64,000 nucleotides of DNA from Mustelus asterias. Its lineage: Eukaryota. Position 1 is the first letter of the stretch; each line of letters opens with the position of its first letter. The position numbers and the translations under genes were made by a program. Shown here in pieces: positions 11,680 through 23,965 of this stretch. The DNA is taken from NCBI RefSeq assembly GCF_964213995.1, contig NW_027590205.1:124001-188000 (forward strand), given 5' to 3'. The notes beneath the pieces were generated by a model. The model saw nothing but the letters and a program-made list of their open reading frames with translations, did no database searches and was not told where the DNA came from.

Positions 11680-13100
11680 TATGTGCGTGCGTATTTGTGC
11701 GTGCGCGCGTGCGTGTGTGTGTGTGTGTTTATGTGTGAGTGTGTTTGTACGTCTGTATGTCCATACCTGTCTGTGTGAGTGTCTGCGGCGTGTGTATGTA
11801 TTCAAATCTCGAATCAACATAGGAGCAGGTATAGGCCATTTGGCCCATCAATACTGATCGAACATTCAAACTGATCATGGCACATTCACACACGTTCACA
11901 GACGTGCACACACGCACCCACCCATACAAAAGCACACACAGAAACACTCACACAGATGCACACAAACACACACACAAGCTACACGCACACTCACAGAATT
12001 TTGTGACACAGAAACGTAGCATTTGCCTTCCTCATTGTTTGCTGTACATGAATGCTAGCTTTTAGTGAACAGGTCTCTCTGGAAGTCAACTCTTTTCAAC
12101 CACGCACCATGTAGGACATATTCTGTATTTCTGTTCTTTTTCCCCCCAACCAGAGTGGATAACTTCATACTTAGTTACTTTTTATTCCATCTGCTATGTC
12201 TTTGCGCATTCACTCAGCCTGTCCAAATGTCCTTGAAGCCCCCATTGCATCCTCCTCTCCATTATGTCTGTGCCATCAGCAAGGTTTTACCTATTTTATT
12301 TGGTCCCCACATCAAGTTTCTGGGTGTGTTCCAGTCACTGTGTTTGTTTCTGGGCATGTCTGTCTCTCAATACCTCCGTCTGATTGTCTCTCGATCTGTG
12401 CGTGTGTGTGTTTGTATGTGTGTGTGTGGGTGTGTGTACGCCTGTGTGCCTGTACGTCCATGCTTGCCTGTGTGTGTCTGCGGCGTGCAAAAGTATTTCA
12501 GTCTCAAAGGAACACAAGAGCAGGAGTAGGCCATTTGGCCCAAAAATAATGCTCCAACTTTCAAACAGATCATGGTACACGCACACACACACACACACAC
12601 ACACGCTCTCGCGCTCCTATTTGATTCCACAAATATGTAGCATTTGCCTTCCACATGTCTTGCTGTGCCGACATGCTAATTTTTACTGACCCATGAACAA
12701 GGACATCCAGCTCTCTCTGGCAACAACCCTGTCCAATCTCGCACTGTTTAGGAAATACTCTGCTTTTCTGATGTCTTTTCTTTCTGCCAGAATGGATAAC
12801 TTCACACATATTCAGTTTTATTTCATCTACCATGTTCTTGCCCATTTACTCAGCCTGTCCCAATTCCCTTCAAGTCCTCCTTGTATCCTCCTCACCATTA
12901 GTTGTGCTCATCAGCAAGACTGGAAATATTTTATTTGGTCCCCAAATCCAGTCTCTCTGTGTTTGTGTGTGGTGCTGGGTGTGTGTGTCTCTCAATGTCT
13001 CAGTGTGTGTCTGTGTGTGGGGGGGGGGGCGGGGGGGGGGGGGAGGGAGGGGGAGGGGGGGCGGGGCGGGGGTATACATGCTTCCAGATGCATGTGTGTG
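11680..13100. repeat. (GT)/(CA) low-complexity tracts with an about 0.7-kb tandem duplication and a poly-G run
   Basis: The unit gtctgcggcgtg...ggagtaggccatttggccc recurs at about 11781 and 12477; G-run at 13019-13072. Confidence 0.75.
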
Positions 13101-14769
13101 TCATAGTGTCATAGAATCATAGAGGTTTACAACTTGGAAACAGGCCCTTTGGCCCAACTTTTTCATGGCGCCTTTTTCATAAACCCTAAGCCAGCCCCAA
13201 ATGCCTGCATTTGGCCCATATCCCTCTAAACCCATCGTACCCATGTAACTGTCCAAATGCCTTTTAAAAGACAAAATTGTACCTGCCTCTACTACTACCT
13301 CTGGCAGCTTGTTCCACACTCACCACCCTCTGTGTGAAAGAAATGCCCCTGTGGACACTTTTGTATCTCTCCCTCTCACCTTAAACCTATGCCCTCTAGT
13401 TGCAGACTCCCCTACCTTTGACTATCTGACTGATCTATGCCCCTCATTATTTTATAGACCTCTATGAGATCACCTCTCAGCCCCCTCAGAGAAAAAAGTC
13501 CCAGTCTATCCAGCTTCTCCTTATAACTCAAACCATCAAGTCCCAGTAGCATCCTGGAAAATCTTTTCTGCACTCTTTCTAGTTTAATCATATCATTTCT
13601 ATAATAGGGTGATCAGAACTGTACACAGTATTCAAAGTGTGGCCTTAACAATGTCTTGTACAACTTCAACAAGACGTCCCAACTCCGATATTCAATGTTC
13701 TGACCAATGAAACCAAGCATGCTGAATGCCGTCTTCACCAATCTGTCCACCTGTGACGCCACTTTCAAGGAGCAATGAACGTGCACCCCTAGATCTCTTT
13801 GTTCTGTATGTCTCCCCAACGCCCTACCATTAACTGAGTGAGTCCTGCCCTGGTTCAATCTACCAAAATGCCTCACCTCGCATTTGTCTAAATTAAACTC
13901 TGTCTGCCACTCGTCAGCCCACTGGCCCAATTGATCAAGATCCCGTTGCAATCCGAAATAACCTTCCGCACTGTCCACTATGCCACATATCTTGGTGTCA
14001 CCTGCAAACTTACCAACCATGCCTCCTATATTTTCATCCAAATCATTAATATAGATGACAAATAACATTGGACCCAACACTGATCCCTGAGGCACTCCGC
14101 TGGTCACAGGCCTCCAGTTTGAAAAACAACGTCTACAACCACCCTCTGGCTTCTGTGATCAAGCCAATTTTGTATCCATTTGGCTTCCTCACGCTGGATC
14201 CTGTGAGATTTAACCTTACAATCAACCTACCATGAGGAAACTTGTCAAAGGCCTTGCCAACTTCCATGTAGACAACATCAACTGCCTTCTTGGCTATCCC
14301 TTCAAAAACTCAAACTCACAAGGCCATGCTGACTGTCCCGAATCAGTCCTTGCATTTCTAAATGCCTGTAGATCCTGTCTCTCAAAATACGTTCCAACAA
14401 CTTACCCACCACAGATGTGAGACTCACTGGCCTGTAGTTCCCAGGCTTTTCCCTGCAGCCCTTTTTAAACAAAGGCACAACATTTGCCACCCTCCAATCT
14501 TCAGGCATCTCACCTATGACTAACAATGATTTAAATATCTCTGCTCGGGAACCCGCAAATTCCTCCCTAGCCTCCCACAATATCCTGGGATACACTTCAT
14601 CAGTTCTCGGGGATTTATCTACCTCAATGCGCTTTAAGACTTCCAGCACCTCTTTCTCTGTTATATGTACACTCCTTAAGACATCACTATTTATTTCCCC
14701 AAGTTCCCTAACAACCATGCTTTTCTCAACAGTAAAGACTGATGAGAAATATTCATTTAGGATCTCACC
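13100..14769 (-). mobile_element. CR1 LINE, truncated and decayed
   Basis: RT ORFs 14302-14718, 13613-14107 and 13101-13319. Confidence 0.9.
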
Positions 14770-15530
14770 TGATAAATGTGAGGTGATTCATTTTGGTAGG
14801 ACTAATTTAAATGTGGATTACGGGGTCAAAGGTACGGTTCTGAAGACTGTGGAGGAACAGAGAGATCTTGGGGTCCATATCCACAGATCTCTAAAGGTTG
14901 CCACTCAAGTGGATAGAGCTGTGAAGAAGGCCTATAGTGTGTGGAGTTTAAGAGCCGTGGGGTTATGCTGCAACTGTACAGGACCTTGGTGAGACCACAT
15001 TTGGAATATTGTGTGCAGTTCTGGTCACCTCACTATAAGAAGGATGTGGAAGCGCTGGAAAGAGTGCAGAGGAGATTTACCAGGATGCTACCTGGTTTGG
15101 AGGGTAGGTCTTATGAGGAAAGGTTGAGGGAGCTCGGGCTGTTCTCTCTGGAGCGGAGGAGGCTGAGGGGAGACTTAATAGAGGTTTATAAAATGATGAA
15201 GGGGATAGATAGAGTGAACGTTCAAAGACTATTTCCTCGGGTGGATGGAGCTATTACAAGGGGGCATAACTATAGGGTTCGTGGTGGGAGATATAGGAAG
15301 GATATCAGAGGTAGATTCTTTACGCAGAGAGTGGTTGGGGTGTGGAATGGACTGCCTGCAGTGATCGTGGAGTCAGACACTTTAGGAACATTTAAGCGGT
15401 TATTGGATAGGCACATGGAGCACACCAGGATGATAGGGAGTGGGATAGCTTGATCTTGGTTTCAGATAAAGCTCGGCACAACATCGCGGGCCGAAGGGCC
15501 TGTTCTGTGCTGTACTGTTCTATGTTTCTA
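14770..15530 (+). mobile_element. Young CR1 LINE 3' fragment
   Basis: ORF 14941-15453 is nearly identical to the C-terminus of ORF 19046-21094; ends in the tail ctgttctatgtttcta. Confidence 0.92.
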
Positions 15531-15676
15531 TTTTCACCCGTGTGTGTGTGTATGTATATGTGTGCGCGCGCGTGTGTGTGTATGTGTGTGTGTGTTTGTG
15601 TGCATATGTGTCTATGCATGTCCGTCTATCTGCTTATATGCCTGGGCATGTGTGCGTGTGCATGTGAGTGTGTGAA

Positions 15677-15714
<38 letters not shown>

Positions 15715-15931
15715 GGAGAGAGAAAGAGAAAGAGAGGTGTCCCTCCTCAGCCTTCTCTGTGCCAAGCGAAAAAGCCCTAATTATCCAGTCTCAGCATTCG
15801 GTAAATTAATGGAGAAAATCACATAGGGTTAAGACATAGAAAAAATGCGGGTCTAATCGAATGGCTCAGCAGGTTGGAGGAGGTCACTCTGTTGGATTCT
15901 GATTATTTCCTTTTATTTATTAAATTTTCAG

Positions 15932-16243
15932 AGGCGAAAGGCCCGGTAGAACCAAAATTGAGCGTCTTTTACCCGCCAGTGCCACGGGGAGCCACCGGCA
16001 CCGACACAGCTGCAGTATGCTTGGCCTCGGACTTCTCGCCCAACGCAATCCAGCTCTCCCTGTACACGGGATCCGGCCAGGAGGCCAATGTGACAAGATT
16101 CAGTGTCCTATTGGAGAGCGGGAATTACAGGAGCTCGGGTTTTCTCTCTTTCCCCCAATCCGAGGAATCGCCAAACATCACGTGCAAGGCATTTCACGAT
16201 AATCGAAATTACTCAGTAAACATCCCGCCCACAGCTGAAATTG
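15932..16243 (+). CDS. TRDC: TCR delta constant region exon 1 (Ig C domain)
   Basis: tttcag acceptor and GTAAGT donor, phase 1/1. Encodes (K)AKGPVEPKLSVFYPP...AAVCLASDFSP...SVLLESGNYRSSGFL...NITCKAFHDN with two Ig cysteines; the pattern resembles shark C-delta as I recall it, rather than C-alpha. Confidence 0.9.
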
Positions 16244-16679
16244 GTAAGTTTATTTTATTTTCGTTCACGTGATGTGGGTGTCCTTGGCTTGGCCAACATT
16301 TATTGCCCGTCCTAAATTGCCCTTCAGCAGAGGACATTTAAGAGTCACTTGCCGGCCAGACCATGTAAGGACGGCAGATTTCGTTCGCTAAAGGAAGTTA
16401 GTGAACCAGATGAGTTTTAATGATAATCGACAATGGTTTCAGGGTCATCATGAAACTTTTAATTCCAATTTTTAAAAAAATGTTCAAATTTCGCAGCTGC
16501 CATCCCCAGGTCAGCATTCTGGGTCGTTGGATTACCAGTCCAGTGACAATGCCACTGCGCCACTGCCTCCTCTCAGAATGTTTTATGACAGGAAGAACTT
16601 GCACTAAATATTATCCATCCTCTTAACGACCTAAGGACTCTCGGTGTCATCGTCACTCAAAGTGTAGTCTTTTTGAAAG

Positions 16680-17670
16680 GTTAGCTGACTAATGATTGAC
16701 GGTCAATTATCCTAGTCTGGGGACTTCACTGCAGGAGTTCCTCAGTGTCTCAGGCCTAACCAGCTTCAGGTGCTTCATCAATCACCTTCAATCCATTATA
16801 AGGTCAGAAGTTGGGATGTTCGCTGATGACTGAACAATTTTCAGCACCATTCGTGACACCTCAGATCTTGAAGTAGTGCATTACAAATGCAGCAATAGCT
16901 GGACAATACCTAGGCTTTGACTGACAAGCTACAAGTAACATTTGCGCCACACATGTTCCAGGCAATGACCAACTCCAACAGGAAAGAAGCTAACAACCGG
17001 CTCTTGACATTTAATGGCATTACCATGACTGAAACAAAGAACAAAGAAAATTACAGCACAGGAACAGGCCCTTCGGCCCTCCAAGCCTGCACCGACTATG
17101 CTGCCCGACTTAACTAAAACCCCTTTCCCTTCCGGGGACCATATCGCTCTATTCCCATCTTATTCATGTATTTGTCCAGATGTCCCTTAAAACTCCCTAT
17201 CGTATCTCCTTCCACTACCTCCCCCGGCAACGAGTTCCAGACACCCACCACCTTCTGTGTAAAAACTCTGCCTCGTACGTCTCCTTTAAACCTTGCCCCT
17301 CGCACCTTAAACCTATGCCCCCGAGTAATTGACTCTTCCACCCTGGGAAAAAGCTTCTAACTATCCACTCTGTCCATGCCTCTCATAATCCTGTAGACTT
17401 CTATCAGGTCAACCCCCACTATCAACATCCTGAGGGTTAACGTTGCTCAGAAACTGAACTGGACTATCCATATAAGTGCTGTAGCTGCAAGAGAATGTCG
17501 GAGATTGGGAATCCTGTGGTGAGTAACGTATCTCCTCATCCCCCAAATTCTCTGCCCCATCCACAAGACATAATCATGACTGTGGTAGTGTATTCGCCAC
17601 TTGCCTCGATGAATGCAGCTCCAATAACACTCAGACATTTGACACGACCCAGGACAAAGCAGCTCCGCTT
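16680..17670 (+). mobile_element. Older CR1-type LINE RT fragment, with a nested minus-strand CR1 3' end at about 17031-17410
   Basis: AGVPQ, EVGMFADD and QVTFAPH remnants; the host frame ITE|PTINIL is split by the insert. Confidence 0.75.
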
Positions 17671-17689
17671 GATTAACAGTGTGTTTATG

Positions 17690-18060
17690 AGTGTCACAAG
17701 TCGGCTTACATTAAAACTGCAATGAATTTATTGTGACAATCCCATAGTCGCCACACTCTGTGCCTGTTCGGGTTACACTGAGGGAGAATTTAGCATGGCC
17801 AATGCATCTAATCAGCACGTCTTTCGGACTGTGGGAGGAAACCGGAGCGCCCGGATCAAACCCACGCTGACACGAGGAAAACGTGCAGACTCTGCACAGA
17901 CAGTCACCCAAGCCCGGGAATCGAACACAGGTCCCTGACACTTTGGGGGGGGGGGGGGGGGAGAGGCGGGGGGGGGGGGGGGGGGGGGGGCGGAGGGGAG
18001 TGGCGGGGCGTGGGGGGGGGGGTGGCGGTGCAGCAGTACTAACCACTGTGCCACTGTGCG
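17690..18060 (-). mobile_element. HE1/V-SINE-type SINE with internal poly-G expansion
   Basis: Reverse complement of a tRNA-like head plus the core gtgggtttcctccgggtgctccggtttcctcccaca; G-runs at 17945-18027. Confidence 0.8.
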
Positions 18061-18978
18061 GCTCAAGCATTAAGTACTCTATTCACAAACATCCACTTCT
18101 TCCACCACCGAAGCACAATGGCAGCAGTGTGTGCCATCCACAAGATACACAGCAGTAACTCTCCAAGTCTCCTTCCGCTGAATCTTCCAAACTCACGACC
18201 GTTATCATCTCGGAGGACAAGGGCAGCAGATACCTGGGAACACCATCATCTGGACGTTACCCTCCATGTCACTCAGCATCCTGACTTGGAAATGTTTCGG
18301 CAGTTCCTTCACTGTCGCTGAGTCAAAATGGTGGAACTTCTTCCCTAACAGCACTGTGTGAGTACGTACCCCTGACAGACTGCAGAGGTTCAAGCAGGAG
18401 ACTCACAACCATCTTCTGAAGGGGGCAGTTAGGGATTGGCAATAAATGCTGACCTGCCAGCGATGTCCACATTCCGTAAATGAATAAAAATAATAAGAGC
18501 TAACTATTATAATTCAGGGCAGTGTGCAGGGCCCGTAACTGCTGGTACATCACCGAATTTAGGAACGTATTAAATACTAACCAGGGTACTGGAGAATCCC
18601 GTTCCTCTGGAGAAATGCCCTGATATCATTTAATCCACTGCAGAGCTGAAATCAGGCCTCGGTTTCACGACGTTTTCGGAAGACAGTGAAATACTGCACT
18701 GATGGAACGGCTCTGGATCCTGGGTTTTAATCCCTGATGGGGAATCGATCCTGCACTCTTTGAACTCAGAATTGGGCCGAACTAAATGGCAGAGCTACCA
18801 ATGTTTCTCCGTTGTGAATAATCAAGTGAACAAGTCCAATCGTGCTGTTTGATTCTTACTTTCTTCGTGGCTTTTGGTTATGACAACAACATTATTCAAA
18901 GTGATATTGAGAACAAACATGGTTACAGTAATGTCACTTGCTCACTTAATAAGTCAAATGTCATTTTTGCCCTTCCAG

Positions 18979-19041
18979 ATAAACCTAAATGCCCTACAGG
19001 TCGAAGTGATTCCTTGACAGAATCAAGTGACACGGAAAACG
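18979..19041 (+). CDS. TRDC: TCR delta constant region exon 2 (connecting peptide with interchain Cys)
   Basis: cttccag acceptor, GTATGT donor, 63 nt, phase 1/1; DKPKCPTGRSDSLTESSDTEN. Confidence 0.85.
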
Positions 19042-19072
19042 GTATGTGCTTTATTCAACATTTATCAAAGTA

Positions 19073-21170
19073 AAAGGCACTGATGAAAAGTGGAACTTTT
19101 TCAAGGAACAAATACTGGGTGTCCTTGATAGGTATGTCCCTGTCAGGCAGGGAGGAAATGGCCGAGTGAGGGAACCGTGGTTCACAAAAGAGGTGGAATG
19201 TCTTGTGAAAAGGAAGAGGGAAGCTTATGTCGGGATGAGGAAACAAGGTTCAGATGGCTCGATTGAGGGTTACAAGTTAGCAAGGAATGAGCTGAAAAAG
19301 GGGCTGAGGAGAGCTAGGAGGGGACATGAGAAGTCCTTGGCGGGTCGGATCAAGGAAAACCCCAAGGCTTTTTACTCTTATGTGAGGAATAAAAGAATGA
19401 CCAGGGTGAGGTTAGGGCCGGTCAAGGACAGTGGTGGGAACTTGTGTATGGAATCAGTAGAGATAGGCGAGGTGATGAATGAATACTTTTCTTCAGTGTT
19501 CACCAAGGAGAGGGGCCATGTTTTTCAGGAAGAGAAGGTGTTACAGGCTAATAGGCTGGAGGAAATAGATGTTCGGAGGGAGGATGTATTGGCAGTTTTG
19601 AATAAACTGAAGGTCGATAAGTCCCCTGGGCCTGATGAAATGTATCCTAGGATTCTTTGGGAGGCGAGGGATGAGATTGCAGAGCCTTTGGCTTTGATCT
19701 TTGGGTCCTCGCTGTCCACGGGGATGGTGCCAGAGGACTGGAGAGTGGCGAATGTTGTTCCTCTCTTTAAGAAAGGGAATAGAAATGACCCTGGTAATTA
19801 TAGGCCGGTTAGTCTGACTTCGGTGGTTGGTAAATTGATGGAAAAGGTCCTTAGGGATGGGATTTACGACCATTTAGAAAGATGCGGATTAATCCGGGAT
19901 AGTCAGCACGGATTTGTGAAGGGCAAATCGTGCCTCACAAATTTGATAGAATTTTTTGAGGAGGTAACTAGGTGTGTTGATGAAGGTAGGGCGGTTGATG
20001 TCATATACATGGATTTTAGTAAGGCGTTTGATAAGGTCCCCCATGGTCGGCTTATGATGAAAGTAAGGAGGTGTGGGATAGAGGGAAAGTTGGCCGATTG
20101 GATAGGTAACTGGCTATCTGATCGAAGACAGAGGGTGGTGGTGGATGGAAAATTTTCGGACTGGAGGCAGGTTGCTAGCGGAGTGCCGCAGGGATCGGTG
20201 CTTGGTCCTCTGCTCTTTGTGATTTTTATTAATGACTTAGAGGAGGGGGCTGAAGGGTGGATCAGTAAATTTGCTGATGACACCAAGATTGGTGGAGTAG
20301 TGGATGAGGTGGAGGGCTGTTGTAGGCTGCAAAGAGACATAGATAGGATGCAAAGCTGGGCTGAAAAATGGCAAATGGAGTTTAACCCTGATAAATGTGA
20401 GGTGATTCATTTTGGTAGGACTAATTTAAATGTGGATTACAGGGTCAAAGGTAGGGTTCTGAAGACTGTGGAGGAACCGAGAGATCTTGGGGTCCATATC
20501 CACAGATCTCTAAAGGTTGCCACTCAAGTGGATAGAGCTATGAAGAAGGCATATAGTGTGTTAGCTTTTATTAACAGGGGGTTGGAGTTTAAGAGCCGTG
20601 GGGTTATGCTGCAACTGTACAGGACCTTGGTGAGACCGCATTTGGAATATTGTGTGCAGTTCTGGTCACCTCACTATAAGAAGGATGTGGAAGCGCTGGA
20701 AAGAGTGCAGAGGAGATTTACCAGGATGCTGCCTGGTTTGGAGTGTCGGTCTTATGAGGAAAGGTTGAGGGAGCTGGGGCTGTTCTCTCTGGAGCGGAGG
20801 AGATTGAGGGGAGACTTAATAGAGGTTTATAAAATGATGAAGGGGATAGATCGAGTGAACGTTCAAAGACTATTTCCTCGGGTGGATGGAGCTATTACAA
20901 GGGGGCATAACTATAGGGTTCATGGTGGGAGATATAGGAAGGATATCAGAGGTAGGTTCTTCACGCAGAGAGTGGTTGGGGTGTGGAATGGACTGCCTGC
21001 AGTGATAGTGGAGTCAGACACTTTAGGAACATTTAAGCGGTTATTGGATAGGCACATGGAGCACACCAGGATGGTAGGGAGTGGGATAGCTTGATCTTGG
21101 TTTCAGATGAAGGTCGGCACAACATCGTGGGCCGAAGGGCCTGTTCTGTGCTGTAATGTTCTATGTTCTA
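19073..21170 (+). mobile_element. Young 5'-truncated CR1 LINE with an uninterrupted RT reading frame
   Basis: About 670 stop-free codons (ORF 19046-21094) containing all RT motifs; tail atgttctatgttcta. Confidence 0.96.
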
Positions 21171-21581
21171 AAATACTTGCAAATAGACGGATTGATAAGT
21201 GGACAAATAGGCACGGATACAGACCCGGAGATTGAATGATAAACATATAGTGAGATGGGGAAAAAGATAGATTGTCACACAGAGTGAGGGAGAGAGATAT
21301 ATCAATCGAGGGGGATAGCGAGAGAGGAGGAGAGGCGGGGAGAGAGAGAGAAACTCAGAGTGAAAGAGAGATGAAGATAGATAGACAGGCAAGCAGACGG
21401 TCGGACGGACGGACTGACAGAGATGGACAGACGGACGGACGGACAGGGATGGACAGACGGACGAAAGTCAAGCTGTTAGATAATGGAAAAAATATCACAT
21501 TAGTGGTATACAGTTGTTTTTCAATACCAAATCATATATCCATTAAACCAGATCTATCATTTGTTTCTCTTATTTTGGCAG

Positions 21582-21691
21582 ATCGACTGAGGGTGAACTT
21601 TTTGTCTTTGACGGTGATGGGGCTAAGAATTTTGTTTTTCAAGAGCATTGTCTTCAATGTCATGATGACGGCCAGGGTGTGGCTATTTTGA
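21582..21691 (+). CDS. TRDC: TCR delta constant region exon 3 (transmembrane/cytoplasmic)
   Basis: DRLRVNFLSLTVMGLRILFFKSIVFNVMMTARVWLF*, with the R and K TM residues typical of alpha/delta chains; donor GTAAGG at 21693, just after the stop. Confidence 0.93.
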
Positions 21692-22902
21692 GGTAAGGTC
21701 GGTCACCTGAATGCGTGCCAAGAAAGACAAACTGTGATGAACAATGACCATTGACGGGATCTCGCGAGGCCACTGTTAAGGCAGACGCTGAAACTAACCC
21801 GTGGAGTGAGCATTAACTTGGATGCATTTAGACAAATGAACTCTTACTCCAGTGCCCCATCCTCATCGCTTTTCATCCCTCCCTTGCCACCGCACCACCG
21901 CCCACCCCCGCCCCCGCCGCCCCCCCCCCCCCCCGCCCCCCCCCCCCCCCCCCCCGCCCGCCAACCCCCGCTCCCAATCGCAGCCTTGACTTCTTAAACC
22001 TCTCCAGATTTTTGTTTAATTATGGGTGTCACTGACTAGCCTAACTTTTTCCGCCCATCCCTTGGTCTTGAGCTGTGTGGCTCTTTCGGAGAGTCGGTGC
22101 AGACTCTATGGGCCAAATCGCATCCTTCTGCACTGTCGGGGTTCTTGTGCAATTGCAGTGGCTTCTGAGAATATTATTGGAGAATGTTAATGGAGACCCT
22201 AAAGATACAAGGTGTTCTTTGCTTGCTGACTCTTTGATGTGCTACTACTGTTGCTCCTTCCATTCCAAACAGAACTGCATTGGACGATGAAATGGATTCA
22301 GGTGTGAACTCATTGACTGGGGCATCAAAATCCAGAGGCTTCCTGATCAGAAGTTCCGCTTCAAGCAATTCAATCTCGCTTGTTTTAAATGGCGACTTAA
22401 CTTTAAAAGACCCTCATTTCGGTAACTTTTTTCCACTGTTATTTTGATTTGAAACTCGCGGTTCTGCGTGAATTCTACTGCTTATGCTACATAAACATTT
22501 CAATTATGCATTTCAGCAACAGCGTGGAGCTAACATTTATATGGTTTCTGCCTGCATTAGTGTCGGAGACATTTTTGAAAACAGCATTTTCAATTTTAGG
22601 ACGTATAGAACTTCGATTTTTATATTCTTTGCTTAGAATAGTAGAATCCTATTCCAGAGAAAGCAGCCAATCAGCCCATAGTGACAATGGCAGCCCTTTA
22701 CAGGGCAATCTAAGTAATGGCACGTCACATGTTCCTTTTGGTTGTTTTACTCTGGTAGTTATTTTAAACATTGTATTTTAATGCATGCAATTTAAGAGCG
22801 TAAGATACATTAAACCAGCAAGGATCTGATTGGATTTTCATCAAACTTTTAGACTGTTGCCAAGGTGATATTCTTTCTCCTGTACTTAATCTTGGACTCC
22901 AG

Positions 22903-23375
22903 ATTTTCCTCCCAGTGCCACGGAGGCACCAAACCCCAGCCTGTACATCTGGACCCTTAGAGATAATCGAGCAACCACTTGCCACCGTGCAGAGCTTTAT
23001 CATGACACGGCATTTCACAAGTAAGATGAACAAGAGTTTTTGAACATCTCGCCATGAGCTTAGCCTAAACTCAGGTTATTGCTCTCAGGTTATTTCACAG
23101 ATGGGACATTCATACACATTTAAGATCATCCGGTTAGTCAGGGGAAGCGAGAGTTATGGGGCTAAGGTGGTAAAGTGGAGTTGAGGATAATATCAAACTC
23201 GCCATGATTTCATTGAAAGGCGAAGCAGCTCCGGTGGGCCGAATGGTCTACTTCTGCTCCTCCGTCTTATGCTCTTCTGGTTCGTTAATCACACCTTTGT
23301 GCCTATCTGTCACCTTGTTATTTTTTCATATGCATCACTTATAATGTTTAATAAATTTGCAGTCTTTAATGAAGG
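22903..23375 (+). other. TRDC: Probable untranslated last exon of TRDC with polyA signal
   Basis: The donor after the stop implies a 3' UTR exon; pyrimidine-rich acceptors end at 22902 and 22915; AATAAA at 23350-23355 is followed by GT-rich sequence. Boundaries uncertain. Confidence 0.5.
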
Positions 23376-23965
23376 GTGTCTTCTGTTTCTTTGTTAACGT
23401 GATGGCAAGACATGCATTTGGTTTGGTTAACAGAGAGCTCTTGTAGTCGCGCAGCACAAATGAAGGCCACTCAGCCCATCATGAGGATACCGGCCCCCCA
23501 TGGCAGATCCCGCCAATTGGAGCCAATTTATTTCTTGAAGTCCAACAATTGAAAGTCCACAGGTTTGAAGCCCCTGGTCTCAGGGCTGAGGCTCATTCGC
23601 TCGATGGTCATTCCAGTACAAAGAACAAGGAACAAAAAAAATTACAGCACAGAAACAGGGCCTTCGCCGCCCACCCCCCACCCCCAACACCCGCCCCCCC
23701 AAGCCTGCACCGACCATGCTGCCCGACTGAACTAAAACCCCCTATCCTTCCGGGAACCATATCCCTCTATTTCCATCCTATTCATGTATTTGTCCAGACG
23801 CCCTTTAAAACTAACAATTGTATCTGCTTCCATTACCTTCCCAAGCAGCGAATTCCAGGCACCCACCGCCTTCTGTGTAAAAAAACTTGCCTCGTACTTC
23901 TCTTTTAAAACTTGCCCATCGCACCTTAAACCTATGCCCCCTAGTAATTGACTCTTCCACCCTGC

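Noticed and set aside
19042-19073. Secreted delta chain by read-through of the hinge donor (…ENGMCFIQHLSK*)
   Set aside because: A short read-through to a stop is expected by chance; there is no nearby polyA signal or other support.
19046-21094. 682-aa ORF as a host gene
   Set aside because: It is a 5'-truncated CR1 ORF2; the predicted start lies in flanking intron sequence.
15932-21691. Calling the constant gene TCR alpha
   Set aside because: The full-length Ig domain with SVFY, SG.Y.SSG and TC.A.H motifs, and only two intact J segments, fit delta better. This rests on recalled sequences and should be confirmed by phylogeny.
17711-22000. Proline- and glycine-rich ORFs (17711-18158, 21806-21997)
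   Set aside because: They derive from poly-G/poly-C runs, whose lengths may also be unreliable in the assembly.
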